A DNA stretch of 64,000 nucleotides from an uncultured Verrucomicrobiae bacterium (GCA_963817685.1 CAWFPN010000010.1:614746-678745), one strand, 5' to 3'; numbered from the stretch's first letter, positions 32,183-42,740 are shown. Program-made: numbers and translations. The notes: generated from the sequence alone by a model not told the origin.

Positions 32183-33244
32183 ATGAAAAAACTTGCCACG
32201 TTGACCGGGGGCGGCGATTGCCCCGGCCTGAATGCTGTAATCCGCGCTGTCACCCGCAAAGCACTGCTCGAAGGCTATGAAGTCATCGGGTTCAAAAACG
32301 GCTGGGCCGGTGTCATCAAGGGCGAATTCATCCCGCTGAGCCGCGAACGCGTGTCGGGCATCCTGCATCTGGGCGGCACGATCCTCGGCACCTCGCGCAC
32401 CAACCCGACCGAAGAGCAAATCGACATCATCATCCGCAACCTGAAAGGCTTCGACGTCAGCGCCCTGATCGCCATCGGCGGAGACGACACCCTGAGCGTT
32501 GCCTCGCGCCTGCACAAGCGCGGCGTGCCGGTCATCGGCGTGCCGAAAACCATCGACAACGACATCGACGGCACCGACCAGACTTTTGGTTTCGATACCG
32601 CCGTGAACATCGCCACCGAAGCGATTGACCGCCTCCACACCACGGCGGAAGCGCACAGCCGCGTGCTGGTGGTCGAGGTCATGGGCCGGCAGGCCGGCTG
32701 GATCGCCTGGGAATCGGGCATCGCCGGCGGGGCCGACCTGGTCCTGCTGCCGGAGTTTCCGATCTCGCTGGAGGCGATCTGCAAGATCATCAAACAACGC
32801 CAGGCCGGCGGGAAAAACTTTTCCATCGTCGCCGTCGCGGAAGGCTTCAAGCTTGACGGCGGCGAAGTCACTCAGAGCAAGGAACTGGATGCGTTCGGCC
32901 ACGTCCGGCTGGGCGGCATCGGCGAGTTCCTCTGCCGCGAGATCGAGAAAATCACAGGGATCGAAAGCCGCGCCGTCGTGCTCGGCCACGTGCAGCGGGG
33001 CGGCACCCCCAGCGCCTACGATCGCGCGCTCGGCACGCGCTACGGCGTCAAGGCCGTCGAGCTGGCCGCGGCGGGCCAGTTCGGCAAGATGGCCGCGCTG
33101 CGGGGCACCGAGATTGTCGGCATCGATCTGGACACGGTCATCACCGAGGTGATCGACAAAAAGACCGGCAAGCCGAAGCTGCGTCTGCGCAATCGCTGCG
33201 TCACCAAGGAATTGTACGACGTGGCCAAAGTGTTTTTCGGTTGA
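32183..33244 (+). CDS. pfkA: 6-phosphofructokinase, PPi-type signature
   Basis: GGDCPGLN, GGTILGTSR, GGDD, PKTIDND, EVMGR, LGHVQRGG. Confidence 0.9.
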   Translation: MKKLATLTGGGDCPGLNAVIRAVTRKALLEGYEVIGFKNGWAGVIKGEFIPLSRERVSGILHLGGTILGTSRTNPTEEQIDIIIRNLKGFDVSALIAIGGDDTLSVASRLHKRGVPVIGVPKTIDNDIDGTDQTFGFDTAVNIATEAIDRLHTTAEAHSRVLVVEVMGRQAGWIAWESGIAGGADLVLLPEFPISLEAICKIIKQRQAGGKNFSIVAVAEGFKLDGGEVTQSKELDAFGHVRLGGIGEFLCREIEKITGIESRAVVLGHVQRGGTPSAYDRALGTRYGVKAVELAAAGQFGKMAALRGTEIVGIDLDTVITEVIDKKTGKPKLRLRNRCVTKELYDVAKVFFG

Positions 33245-33909
33245 TGTCTGGCTCGCGCATCGCGGCCGCCCGTCTTTACGGGTTTATCGACACGGCGCAC
33301 CTCGGCGACCGTGACCCGGCGGAAACGGCGCGCGTCCTCATCGACGGCGGCGTGGACGTGCTCCAGGTGCGCGCCAAGGAGCTGACGCATCCGCAACGCG
33401 TCGAGTTGTGCGCGGCGGTCCTGGGCGCCGCCTTCCGGTTTGGCGTGCCGGTCATCGTCAACGACGACATTGCCGCTGCCTACGAAACGGGCGCTGACGG
33501 CGTTCATCTCGGCCAGGAGGATTGGGCGGCCATTCCGCCGGACGAACGCCAGGCGCAACTGGCCGCCATCCGCATCGTGGGCATCAGCACACATTCCCTG
33601 GAACAGGCGCTGGCGGCGGAGCGCGACGGCGCCGATTATATCGGCGTCGGGCCGGTGTTTGCCACCGCCACCAAACCCGGCGTGGCACCCGTCGGCCTGG
33701 AGCTTGTTCGCGAGGTCAGCGAACGTGTGGCCGTCCCGTTCTTTGCGATTGGCGGCATCAACCTGGACAATCTCGATCAGGTGCTGGACGCCGGCGCCAG
33801 GCGGGTGGCCGTCGTCACGGCAATCCTGCGGGCGGAGGACCCGCGCGGCGCCGCGCAAGCGCTCAAAGAACGGTTGAACGAACGCACACTTTTGGAGAAT
33901 GACAGATGA
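33244..33909 (+). CDS. thiE: Thiamine-phosphate synthase
   Basis: LQVRAK, IVNDD, DGVHLGQED, GISTH, GPVFATATK, FAIGGI. Confidence 0.92.
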   Translation: MSGSRIAAARLYGFIDTAHLGDRDPAETARVLIDGGVDVLQVRAKELTHPQRVELCAAVLGAAFRFGVPVIVNDDIAAAYETGADGVHLGQEDWAAIPPDERQAQLAAIRIVGISTHSLEQALAAERDGADYIGVGPVFATATKPGVAPVGLELVREVSERVAVPFFAIGGINLDNLDQVLDAGARRVAVVTAILRAEDPRGAAQALKERLNERTLLENDR

Positions 33910-34814
33910 GTTTATTGATCACCGGTTCCATCGCCCTGGACAGCGTCAAGACCCCGGTCGAGGAACATCGCGATTTGTTGGGCGGCTCGGCCAGCTACGC
34001 CTCGATTGCCGCAAGCTTCTTCACGCCGGTCAATTTGGTCGGCATCGTCGGCAGCGATTTCCCGAAACAGTACCTGGAACTTTACCGCAAACATAAAATC
34101 GACCTCGAAGGCCTGGAGATCGCCCCGGGCAAGACCTTCCGCTGGAGCGGCGAATACGAGTGGGACCTGAACAGGCGCCGCACGTTGTCGGTGAACCTGA
34201 ACGTGTTCGAGACTTTCCAGCCCCGGTTGCCCCTGCGTTACAAGTCAACGCCCTATCTTTTCCTGGCCAACATTTCGCCGCAACTCCAGTTGCATGTGCT
34301 CGCGCAGATGGAACAACCCCGGTTTATCGTGGCCGACACGATGGATTTGTGGATCGAGACGGCGCGCGACCCGCTGCTGGAGTTGATGAAGAAAATCGAT
34401 TGCCTGGTGCTCAATGAAAGCGAGGCGCGCGAGCTGGTGAAGACCACCAGCCTGATCAAGGCCGGCCGCAAGATCCTCCAACTCGGCCCGAAATACGTCG
34501 TCGTCAAAAAAGGCGAGCACGGCTGCCTGTTGTTCGCGAAGGACTTCTTCTTCAGCGCGCCCGCCTATCCGCTGGAGGACATCCACGACCCGACAGGCGC
34601 GGGCGATTGTTTTGCGGGTGCGTTCGCGGGCTACATCGCCAGCGTCAACCGCCTCGACCACGAGACGCTGCGCAAAGCCGTGATCCACGGCAGCGTGGTC
34701 GCTTCCTTCAACGTGGAATCCTTCAGCCTCGGCCGCCTGCAAACGCTGACCCCGCGGGAAATGGAACAGCGCTACCAGGTCTTCCGCACCATGAGCCAGT
34801 TCGAGTTCGCCTAG
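33906..34814 (+). CDS. PfkB-family carbohydrate kinase
   Basis: LGGSASY, LNESE, KKGEHG, DPTGAGDCFAG. Confidence 0.9.
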   Translation: MSLLITGSIALDSVKTPVEEHRDLLGGSASYASIAASFFTPVNLVGIVGSDFPKQYLELYRKHKIDLEGLEIAPGKTFRWSGEYEWDLNRRRTLSVNLNVFETFQPRLPLRYKSTPYLFLANISPQLQLHVLAQMEQPRFIVADTMDLWIETARDPLLELMKKIDCLVLNESEARELVKTTSLIKAGRKILQLGPKYVVVKKGEHGCLLFAKDFFFSAPAYPLEDIHDPTGAGDCFAGAFAGYIASVNRLDHETLRKAVIHGSVVASFNVESFSLGRLQTLTPREMEQRYQVFRTMSQFEFA

Positions 34815-34821
34815 CCGTCTC

Positions 34822-34892
34822 TCTTGGTGTCTTGGTGCCTTGGTGGTGAAACAACGACGCCCGCAAACCACCAAGACACCAAGGCACCAAGA
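34822..34892. repeat. Inverted pair of 8-nt-period arrays between convergent genes
   Basis: TCTTGGTGTCTTGGTGCCTTGGTGGT ... ACCACCAAGACACCAAGGCACCAAGA. Confidence 0.8.
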
Positions 34893-34901
34893 ACGACACG
34901 A

Positions 34902-36167
34902 CTACGGAAACAGGCCGCGCAGTTTCTTGGCCTGGACGATCTTGCTGATGCCCAGCGCCAGGGCGGCGTCGCGCGTGGAGAGATTTTGTTTCTTCGCCAG
35001 TTGCAGGACCTGCTGGTACGCGGTCTCCAACTGCCGGTAAAGTTTGTCGTTCACTTCCGCCTCGGTCCAGAAAAAGCTCTGTAAATCCTGGACCCATTCG
35101 AAATAGCTGACGATCACGCCTCCCGCGTTGCAGAGAACGTCGGGGACCACGAAGATATCCGGGTTCTGCCGCAGCACGGCGTCGGCCTCGAACGTCGTCG
35201 GGCCGTTGGCGGCTTCCGCGAGCACGCGACAGCGGAGTTTGCCTGCGTTCTTCTCGGTGATCTGCCGTTCGATGGCGGCGGGCACCAGGACTTCGCATTC
35301 CAGTTGCAGCAGTTCCTCGTTCGTAATGTGGTCGCCACAATCCGCGCAAGCCGCCAACCGTCCGTCGGCGGCGCAGCGGTCGATCAACTGGTTCACGTCC
35401 AGCCCGTTCTTGTTGTAAAGCCCGCCCGTCTCGTCGCTGACGGCGATGAGTTTCGCGCCAAACCGGTGAAGTTGCTGCGCGGCCACCGAACCGACGTTGC
35501 CGAATCCCTGGATGACCACCCGCGCGCCATCTGATTTAATCTTCAAATTGTCGAGCGTGCGATTCACCAGATAAGCGACGCCGCGTCCCGTGGCTTCCCG
35601 GCGGCCGGCCGACCCGCCAAGGCTGACGGGTTTGCCGGTGACGATCTGGGGCACCGGATCGCCTTCGTGCATCGAGTAGGTGTCCATGATCCAGGCCATG
35701 ATTTGTTCGTTCGTGCCCAGGTCGGGCGCCATGACGTCGACGTGCGGGCCGATAAACGGGATCATTTCCTGGGTGAACCGCCGCGTCATCCGTTCCAATT
35801 CCCCCGGACTCATCCGGTGCGGATCACAGGCGACGCCGCCCTTGGCCCCGCCGTAGGGCAGCCCGCACAACGCGCATTTCCAGCTCATCCACATCGCCAG
35901 TGCCGCCACCTCGCCGAGCGTGACGGCCGGATGATAACGCAGCCCGCCCTTGGTCGGCCCGAACGACAAATGATGTTGCACGCGATAGCCGGTAAACACT
36001 TCCGTCCGTCCGTCGTCCATCCGCGTGGGGATGGTGACGATGACCGCGCGTTTCGGCGCCCGGGTGCGTTCGCGTTCGCTTTGGCCGACGTCGAGGATGT
36101 CGGCCACGCGGTCGAATTGCTGGCAGGCCATCACAAACGCGGGCGACCGCATGAATTCGTCAAGCAT
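34902..36167 (-). CDS. gdhA: Glu/Leu/Phe/Val dehydrogenase (glutamate dehydrogenase type)
   Basis: GPTKGGLRY, MSWKC, GGAKGG, APDLGT, GREATGRG, QGFGNVG, EAANGP. Confidence 0.88.
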   Translation of the reverse strand: MLDEFMRSPAFVMACQQFDRVADILDVGQSERERTRAPKRAVIVTIPTRMDDGRTEVFTGYRVQHHLSFGPTKGGLRYHPAVTLGEVAALAMWMSWKCALCGLPYGGAKGGVACDPHRMSPGELERMTRRFTQEMIPFIGPHVDVMAPDLGTNEQIMAWIMDTYSMHEGDPVPQIVTGKPVSLGGSAGRREATGRGVAYLVNRTLDNLKIKSDGARVVIQGFGNVGSVAAQQLHRFGAKLIAVSDETGGLYNKNGLDVNQLIDRCAADGRLAACADCGDHITNEELLQLECEVLVPAAIERQITEKNAGKLRCRVLAEAANGPTTFEADAVLRQNPDIFVVPDVLCNAGGVIVSYFEWVQDLQSFFWTEAEVNDKLYRQLETAYQQVLQLAKKQNLSTRDAALALGISKIVQAKKLRGLFP

Positions 36168-37062
36168 GGTTGTTCCCCCGCGCCTGTTCGGGCACGATCA
36201 CGGACAGCGCGCGCGGCGCGACGGAAAACCGCACCGGCACTTCGCCCGCGTCCTCGCCGTCCAGTTCGAACGGCACCGGCTGGGCCGCGCTGCAGGTGAA
36301 TTCGCGCGCCTGAAAATAGTGGACATCGGAAAATTGCAAATGCACGCCGCGCAGGATGCCCTGGCCGTACCGCAGCACGTCCAGATAGGCGCCGTTCTCA
36401 AACACGCACACATCCAGCAGCCCGTCGTCCATGCGCGCCCGGGGAAACAGCTTGAACGGCCCGCCGTAAAACCGCCCATTGCCCACCAGCACCGCGATCC
36501 CGGTGGCGCGCGGCCCGCCGCCGTTGACCGACACGTCCACCGGCACCTGCCGCTTGCTCAGGACTTGCAGTCCCGCCCAGACGTAGCTCAACGGGCCGAC
36601 CCGTTTCTTCAACTCCCAACTCGCGGCCCGCACCGCATGCGCGTCGAAACCCACCCCGGCCAGTTGAAGAAAAAACCGCACCTTGCCGCCCGACTCCGTC
36701 CGCGCCAGATCGACCGTCCGCGTGTGTCCCCGTTCGATCACCGCCCAGGCTTGTTCGAGTCGGCGGGGGATTTTCATGTCATGGGCCAGCACATTGACCG
36801 TCCCGCCGGGAAGCACCCCGAGCCGGACACCGGACAACCCGATGCCGTTGACGACTTCGTTGATCGTGCCGTCGCCGCCCGCGGCGATGATCGTGCCGTA
36901 ACCGTCGATCACGGCCTGGGCCGCCAGACCCTGCGCGTCCCCGGCCTTCACCGTCGGCGCCAGCGTCACGTCGCCCGAAATCCTGGCCTCCAGGAACTTC
37001 CGTAACCGATGCGACCGTTCCCCGCGCGCCACCGGATTGAAGATGACAAAAAATCTCGTCAT
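36160..37062 (-). CDS. Diacylglycerol/lipid kinase family protein
   Basis: IFNPVAR, AAGGDGTINEV, LPGGTVN, GVGFDA, DDGLLD. Confidence 0.9.
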   Translation of the reverse strand: MTRFFVIFNPVARGERSHRLRKFLEARISGDVTLAPTVKAGDAQGLAAQAVIDGYGTIIAAGGDGTINEVVNGIGLSGVRLGVLPGGTVNVLAHDMKIPRRLEQAWAVIERGHTRTVDLARTESGGKVRFFLQLAGVGFDAHAVRAASWELKKRVGPLSYVWAGLQVLSKRQVPVDVSVNGGGPRATGIAVLVGNGRFYGGPFKLFPRARMDDGLLDVCVFENGAYLDVLRYGQGILRGVHLQFSDVHYFQAREFTCSAAQPVPFELDGEDAGEVPVRFSVAPRALSVIVPEQARGNNHA

Positions 37063-37138
37063 GAATCGTCTTGTTGCGCTATTCTAACAGCGGCTTCCGA
37101 CAAACCAAACGATTTCTAGGGGGGCTGCGTTTCCATAT

Positions 37139-38509
37139 ATGAAAACCGTCATGAAAATTCTCGGGGTCCTGCTGGCGTTTGTTGTCGTCCTGGTGGTGGC
37201 GACCGTTTTTCTGCTCAACCGCTACCTGCAATCGGCCGAGTTCAAGCAGACCGCCCTCGGCGCCGCCCATGACGCGCTGGGCGCGAACGTGAAAATCAAC
37301 GACCTGGATGTCTCGCTGTTTAGCGGCGTCTCGCTCGAAGGCGTGACCGTGGCCAACCCGGAAGGGTTTTCCGGCGATTTGCTGACGGCGGACGCGTTCG
37401 CGCTGCATTACCGGCTGCTGCCGTTGCTGCACCGGCACGTTGCCATCGAGGAAGTGTCCCTGCACAAACCGGCCGTCGTGCTGGTGTGCAACGACAAAGG
37501 CCAATGGAACTATGAGGCGCTCACCACCCGCGCCGCAGCGGCCTCGTCCAACGCCGCCGCCAACGCCTCCGCCTCCACGCCAAGCCAGGCCGCGCCCGAG
37601 TCGCCGGCCACCGTCAAACGCGGCGGGTTCGAGATTTCGCTCTCGAAACTGGCGCTGACCGATGGCGACATCGTGATGATGACGCAAACGAACAAGCAAG
37701 TGTTGCACGTTCAGAACATGAACCTGTCGAGTTCCATCGGGTTCGCCGACAACCAGCTCAGCGGCGGCGGCAAAGCGAGCATCGACGAGGTCAACCTGTC
37801 CAACGAACTGCAGGTGCAAAAGATTTCTTCAACGTTGAAGCTGGCCGGCGACACGATTGAACTGGCCTCGCTCTCCGGCGAAGTCGCCGGCGGAACCATC
37901 TCCGGCGACGTCTCCGTCCGCGTGCTCGGCGACCTCCAGTACGCCGTCCAGGTGCAGATCAAGGACGCCGACGTGGACAAATTGCTGCAGGAGGCGGGCG
38001 CCAAACGCGTCCTCAAGGGCAAACTCCAGACCACCGTCACGCTGGCGGGCACCGGCGGCCTGCCCACCATCGCCGGCAACGGCCACGCGGAACTCGTCGG
38101 CGCGGAACTGGCCGGGGTGCCCTTGCTCAACGTTCTGTCCACCATCCTGCAGGTGCCCGCGCTGCAGGACCTTCGGTTCGACGAATGCCGCCTGGAATTT
38201 TCCATCACCAACAATGTGCTACAGACGCCGGTGATCCGCCTGATTTCGCCCACGGTGCAAATCACCGGCAACGGCTGGGCGTCGCTGGCCGACAACACGC
38301 TCCATCACACGATGACAATCGCCCTCGGCCCGGGCATGATGGCCAATGTCCCGCAGCCGGTGCGCAACCTGTTCACCCAGCGCGCGGACGGTTTTCTGAC
38401 ATTGGATTTCCAGGTCTCTGGGACGTTCAACTCTCCCAAGACAGACCTGCCCAACCGTCTCTTCAAGGGCGCGGCCCAGCAACTTCTGCAGGGATTGATG
38501 CACCACTAA
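37139..38509 (+). CDS. AsmA-family protein
   Basis: N-terminal anchor, DKGQWNY motif, beta-rich repeats, AsmA-like C-terminus. Confidence 0.75.
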   Translation: MKTVMKILGVLLAFVVVLVVATVFLLNRYLQSAEFKQTALGAAHDALGANVKINDLDVSLFSGVSLEGVTVANPEGFSGDLLTADAFALHYRLLPLLHRHVAIEEVSLHKPAVVLVCNDKGQWNYEALTTRAAAASSNAAANASASTPSQAAPESPATVKRGGFEISLSKLALTDGDIVMMTQTNKQVLHVQNMNLSSSIGFADNQLSGGGKASIDEVNLSNELQVQKISSTLKLAGDTIELASLSGEVAGGTISGDVSVRVLGDLQYAVQVQIKDADVDKLLQEAGAKRVLKGKLQTTVTLAGTGGLPTIAGNGHAELVGAELAGVPLLNVLSTILQVPALQDLRFDECRLEFSITNNVLQTPVIRLISPTVQITGNGWASLADNTLHHTMTIALGPGMMANVPQPVRNLFTQRADGFLTLDFQVSGTFNSPKTDLPNRLFKGAAQQLLQGLMHH

Positions 38510-38511
38510 CC

Positions 38512-39069
38512 ATGCGCGTCATTGCCGGCATCGCCAAGGGAATGCCCCTGCGCGCCCCGCACCGCGGCAGCGTGCGCCCCACGTCCGACCGCGTGCGCGA
38601 AGCGATTTTCTCCAGCCTGGGCGACCGCGTCGGGGGCGCGGTGGCGCTGGATTTGTACGCGGGCACGGGCGCGCTGGGCATCGAAGCGGCCAGCCGCGGG
38701 GCGGCCCACGTCACGTTCGTGGACGACTCGCGTGACGCGTTGAAGGTGTTGCGGCAAAACCTCGACACCTTCCGGCAAGGCCGGGAAATTGTCTGCGAAC
38801 TGACCGTGGTCTGCGCCAATCTCTTCGCGGAACTGGGAAAACTGGCGGCTGCGGCGCGGCGTTACACGCTGGTGCTGGCCGATCCGCCCTACGGAAAGAC
38901 AGCGCAGGCGTTGTTGGAACAGAAGGAACTGCCCCTGCTGCTGGCGGAGAACGGCGTGCTCGTATTGGAATCGGCGAAACGGGACGCGTTGACCGCGCCT
39001 CCGCCGTGGACCGTCTTGCGCGAAGCGATCTACGGAGACACGCGCGTCAGCACCTTGAGGGCCGGATGA
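38512..39069 (+). CDS. rsmD: 16S rRNA m2G966 methyltransferase RsmD
   Basis: MRVIAG, RPTSDRVREAIF, LDLYAGTGALGIEA, DPPY. Confidence 0.92.
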   Translation: MRVIAGIAKGMPLRAPHRGSVRPTSDRVREAIFSSLGDRVGGAVALDLYAGTGALGIEAASRGAAHVTFVDDSRDALKVLRQNLDTFRQGREIVCELTVVCANLFAELGKLAAAARRYTLVLADPPYGKTAQALLEQKELPLLLAENGVLVLESAKRDALTAPPPWTVLREAIYGDTRVSTLRAG

Positions 39070-39920
39070 GGAAATTCCTCGGCCAGGGCGGCGGCGACAC
39101 GGTCCGATAATTCATCCGTCAACATGGTCGCCACCAGTGGGAGCCGTTTCTGCACTTTTTGGACGGCCTCCTGCGCCTTCTGGTGGTCGCCCATCTCGAC
39201 GTAGGCCAGGCAGAGCCAGACCCACGGCGCGGCGTCGTCCTTGTTCAGCGCGACGGCCTTTTCGTAGGCGCGCACGGCGCTTTCGTACTTGCCCTGCAAA
39301 TGGCAGACGTTGCCGAGATTGTTCCAGGCCACCAGGAAATTTGGTTTGCGCCGGAGCGCCTCTTCGTAGGCGGCCACGGCTTCGTCGTAGCGGCTGCGGG
39401 CGGCATACGAGTCGGCCAGGTTGCACCAGGCCTGTGCGTCATCAGGATTGAGTTGCAGGAGCGTCTGGCAAACGGCTATCAGATCGGTATACCGGCCGTT
39501 TTTCTTGTAGAGAAACGCCAGCCGCGGCAGCGCGAATGGATTCTTCGGATCGCGCGCCGTAATTCCCTCGGAGAACGTGATCAATTCCAGGTCATCATCG
39601 CACTGCGCATGCGCCGCGTCGAAGTGGGACCAGGCGGACTCATCGGACGGGTTGAGCCGGACCACTTCCTCGGTGAACGACGTCCAGTCCAATAGACTGT
39701 CCTTTTCCTTGCTCGCCCGTTCCACAAACGGCCACGCCAGGCGGTTGCCGGGATGCGCCTTGATGACTTCCTGGCAGAAGCCGATAAATTCTTCCTGTCT
39801 GCCGGCCTGGACGCAAAGCTCGTGCAGCCCGGACCAGTTTTTTTGCCGGTCGGGTTCGCGTTGGATGGTCTGTTGGTGGCGCTGGATGCGCCAATTAACG
39901 AATTGTTGCGGCATTGACAC
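39030..39920 (-). CDS. Tetratricopeptide repeat protein
   Basis: C-terminal TPRs such as AWCNLADSY...YDEAVAAYEEALRRKP. Confidence 0.8.
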   Translation of the reverse strand: MSMPQQFVNWRIQRHQQTIQREPDRQKNWSGLHELCVQAGRQEEFIGFCQEVIKAHPGNRLAWPFVERASKEKDSLLDWTSFTEEVVRLNPSDESAWSHFDAAHAQCDDDLELITFSEGITARDPKNPFALPRLAFLYKKNGRYTDLIAVCQTLLQLNPDDAQAWCNLADSYAARSRYDEAVAAYEEALRRKPNFLVAWNNLGNVCHLQGKYESAVRAYEKAVALNKDDAAPWVWLCLAYVEMGDHQKAQEAVQKVQKRLPLVATMLTDELSDRVAAALAEEFPHPALKVLTRVSP

Positions 39921-40046
39921 CTGAAAGCTCCCTTCTGTTCCCTTTGCTTTGGTTGCTCTAGAGCAGCCTGCGGGCCATATTTTTACTGCCTTACAGGGTT
40001 AAGGCTGCTTTTTTCTGGGACCGGCGGCGGGAGGCCGAAGCCGCGC

Positions 40047-41450
40047 TTACTCCACATTGCGCAACTGGATGGCGTTGATGAGCTTATCGCGGACGAGGAT
40101 GTTGGAAATGACGACGATTTGATCGCCTCTCTTGGCGAAATTGTGTTCCCGCAGATAGCGCTCGGCCCGCAGGATGGTTACCTCGGGATCTTCACTGAAG
40201 TCAGTGACGAAGGGAGTCACGCCCCAGAGAAGGTTCAATTGATTGCGGACCCGTTCCGAGTTGGTGCAGGCGAAGATGGGGGAGGACTTCGGCCGCTGCC
40301 AGGAGGTGCACTGGGCCATGTAGCCGAACCGGGTGAACACCAGGATGCCCTTGGCATTCAATTCATTGGCCATGACGACGGCGGAGCGAACGACCTTCTG
40401 CCGCTCCTCCCGCAGATCAGCCCCCTCGGCATAACCGGCGCCGCCGCTCTGTTCGATGCGCTCGGCGATGCGGGTGAGCACCTCGACGCATTCCAGCGGA
40501 TACTTGCCCACCGTCGTTTCACCGGAAAGCATGATCGCGTCCGCCTGCTCGAACACCGCGTTGGCGACGTCCGTGACCTCCGCCCGGGTCGGCATCGGGT
40601 TCTCAATCATCGACTCCAGCATGTGGGTGGCCACGATCACGGGCTTGCCGTGACGAATGCAGCCTTTGACCGTGCGGCGCTGGATGATCGGCAATTCCTC
40701 GTACGGCACCTCGATGCCGAGATCGCCCCGGGCCACCATGATGCCGTCGCTGGCGTCAATCAAATCGGCCAGGTTCTTCACGGCCTGCTGGTCCTCGATC
40801 TTGGCAATGATTTTTGCCTCAAAATGGCGCGCCTTGAGCAAGGCCCGCAATTCTTCGACGTCCTTGCGCTCCCGCACGAACGACAGCGCAAACAAATCGA
40901 TCCCCAACTGGATCCCCAGCTCGATATCCGCCCGGTCCTTGTCGGTGATGGACGGCATGCTGATCTTGACGCCGGGCAGATTGATGTGGCGCCGGGAACC
41001 CAGGTCGCCCTCGGTCAAGACTTCGCAGCGCATCCGGCGATGCAGTTTTTCCAGGACCTTCAGGCGGATGACCCCGTTGTCCACCAGCACCGTGTCGCCC
41101 TCGTGGATGTCATTGATGAGGTTTGGGTAATTCACGTCCACCGACTTTTCCTCTTCGCTGCGGGCGCCTTTGACAGTGAACTCGAACACGTCGCCCGGCT
41201 CCAGATGCAGCGGCAACGGCAGGTCGCCCGTGCGAATGGCCGGCCCCTGCGTGTCCATCATGATGGCGCAGGCCCGCCCCGCGCGCTCCGAGGCCGCGCG
41301 GACCCGGTGAAACACCTCGCGCGTCCACTCATGCGTGGCGTGGCTCATGTTCAGCCGCGCCACGTCCATGCCGGCGGCGATCATTTTCTCCAGCATTTCG
41401 GGCGATTCGGTCTGGGGGCCGATCGTGCAGATGATCTTCGTGTTCCTCAT
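40047..41450 (-). CDS. pyk: Pyruvate kinase
   Basis: TKIICTIGP, ARLNMSH, DTQGPAIRTG, IIAKIE, MVARGDLG, IMLSGET. Confidence 0.95.
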   Translation of the reverse strand: MRNTKIICTIGPQTESPEMLEKMIAAGMDVARLNMSHATHEWTREVFHRVRAASERAGRACAIMMDTQGPAIRTGDLPLPLHLEPGDVFEFTVKGARSEEEKSVDVNYPNLINDIHEGDTVLVDNGVIRLKVLEKLHRRMRCEVLTEGDLGSRRHINLPGVKISMPSITDKDRADIELGIQLGIDLFALSFVRERKDVEELRALLKARHFEAKIIAKIEDQQAVKNLADLIDASDGIMVARGDLGIEVPYEELPIIQRRTVKGCIRHGKPVIVATHMLESMIENPMPTRAEVTDVANAVFEQADAIMLSGETTVGKYPLECVEVLTRIAERIEQSGGAGYAEGADLREERQKVVRSAVVMANELNAKGILVFTRFGYMAQCTSWQRPKSSPIFACTNSERVRNQLNLLWGVTPFVTDFSEDPEVTILRAERYLREHNFAKRGDQIVVISNILVRDKLINAIQLRNVE

Positions 41451-41539
41451 CGGTTCCCAATGTAGCAAGGAAGCGGCAAAAGAAAAGATTGCAAATAGGC
41501 CCGTCGAAATTTATCGTAGCGGCACAAGCAGGGAGGATT

Positions 41540-42028
41540 ATGCCGACCGTCGCCGTCTATCCTGGCAGCTTCGATCCCATCACCAACGGCCATCTCGACG
41601 TGACGCGCCGCGCCGCGAAGATGTTTGACCGCGTGATTGTGGCCGTGGCGGCCAACGCGCAGAAAGCGCCGCTGTTTTCCACCCGGGAACGCATTGCCCT
41701 GGCGCGGGCCGCCGTTGGAAAAATCCGCAACGTCTCGGTGGACGATTTTGAGGGTCTGCTGATTCATTATGCGCACCGAAAGAAAGCCACGGCGGTCGTG
41801 CGCGGGCTGCGGGCTGTGTCCGATTTTGAATTTGAGTTCCAGCTGGCGCTGATGAACCGCCGGCTCGACCCGAAGATTGAGACAATTTTTCTGATGCCGA
41901 AGGACGAATACATCTTCATTAGTTCGGGACTGGTCAAGGAGATTGCCGGGCTGGGTGGTGACGTGAGCGGTTTTGTGCCGCGCGATGTCCAACAAGCATT
42001 GAAACGCAAGCTCGCGCCGCGCCCTTGA
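41540..42028 (+). CDS. coaD: Phosphopantetheine adenylyltransferase
   Basis: YPGSFDPITNGH, RGLRAVSDFEFE, ISSGLVKE. Confidence 0.95.
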   Translation: MPTVAVYPGSFDPITNGHLDVTRRAAKMFDRVIVAVAANAQKAPLFSTRERIALARAAVGKIRNVSVDDFEGLLIHYAHRKKATAVVRGLRAVSDFEFEFQLALMNRRLDPKIETIFLMPKDEYIFISSGLVKEIAGLGGDVSGFVPRDVQQALKRKLAPRP

Positions 42029-42065
42029 AACGGGCGGGGCCCGGGGTTACGCTCAGGGGGGAAAT

Positions 42066-42524
42066 ATGAAGATCAATGTCAAACGCATTCCCGAGGAAGG
42101 CGAGGTCCTGCAAGGCAGCGCGCCCGCCACCATGATGGAACTGGACGATCCCAACGTCACCTTCCGTCACGAGATCAGCTACGATTTATTGGCGCAAATC
42201 CAGGAAAACGCCCTGTTGGTGACGGGCCGCGTGCACACGCCGGTGACGTTGCGGTGCAGCCGTTGCCTGGAAGTCTTCGACCAACCGCTGGCGGTGGACC
42301 ATTTTGTGTTCCACCAGCCCCTCCAGGGCGAGGATTTCGTGGACTTGACGCCCAATATCCGTGAAGATATTATCCTGGAACTCCCGCAGAAGGCGCTTTG
42401 TGAGAAAGAGTGCAAGGGCCTGTGCCCGGTCTGCGGCAAGAACCTGAACGAGAGCGCTTGCCGGTGCAAACCGCCAAAAGAGGATTTGCGCTGGCACGCG
42501 TTGGATCAACTGAAACTGAAGTAA
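42066..42524 (+). CDS. DUF177/YceD family protein
   Basis: CSRCL and LCEKECKGLCPVCG; precedes rpmF. Confidence 0.9.
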   Translation: MKINVKRIPEEGEVLQGSAPATMMELDDPNVTFRHEISYDLLAQIQENALLVTGRVHTPVTLRCSRCLEVFDQPLAVDHFVFHQPLQGEDFVDLTPNIREDIILELPQKALCEKECKGLCPVCGKNLNESACRCKPPKEDLRWHALDQLKLK

Positions 42525-42539
42525 CGGAGAAGAGTTCCC

Positions 42540-42722
42540 ATGGGTGTACCGAAACGACGAATGTCCAAGATGCGCCTGCGCACGCGCAAGGCCGCCAACC
42601 GGCCCAAGGCGCCTCAACTATCGGCCTGCCCGCAATGCAGCGCCCGGGTCAGACCGCACCATGTCTGTCCGTCTTGCGGCTATTACAAGGGCCGCCAGGT
42701 CATTTCCATCAACGCAGCATAA
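42540..42722 (+). CDS. rpmF: 50S ribosomal protein L32
   Basis: MGVPKRRMSK...CPQC...PHHVCPSCGYY. Confidence 0.95.
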   Translation: MGVPKRRMSKMRLRTRKAANRPKAPQLSACPQCSARVRPHHVCPSCGYYKGRQVISINAA

Positions 42723-42740
42723 CCGAGCCGAGTGCTTGCC

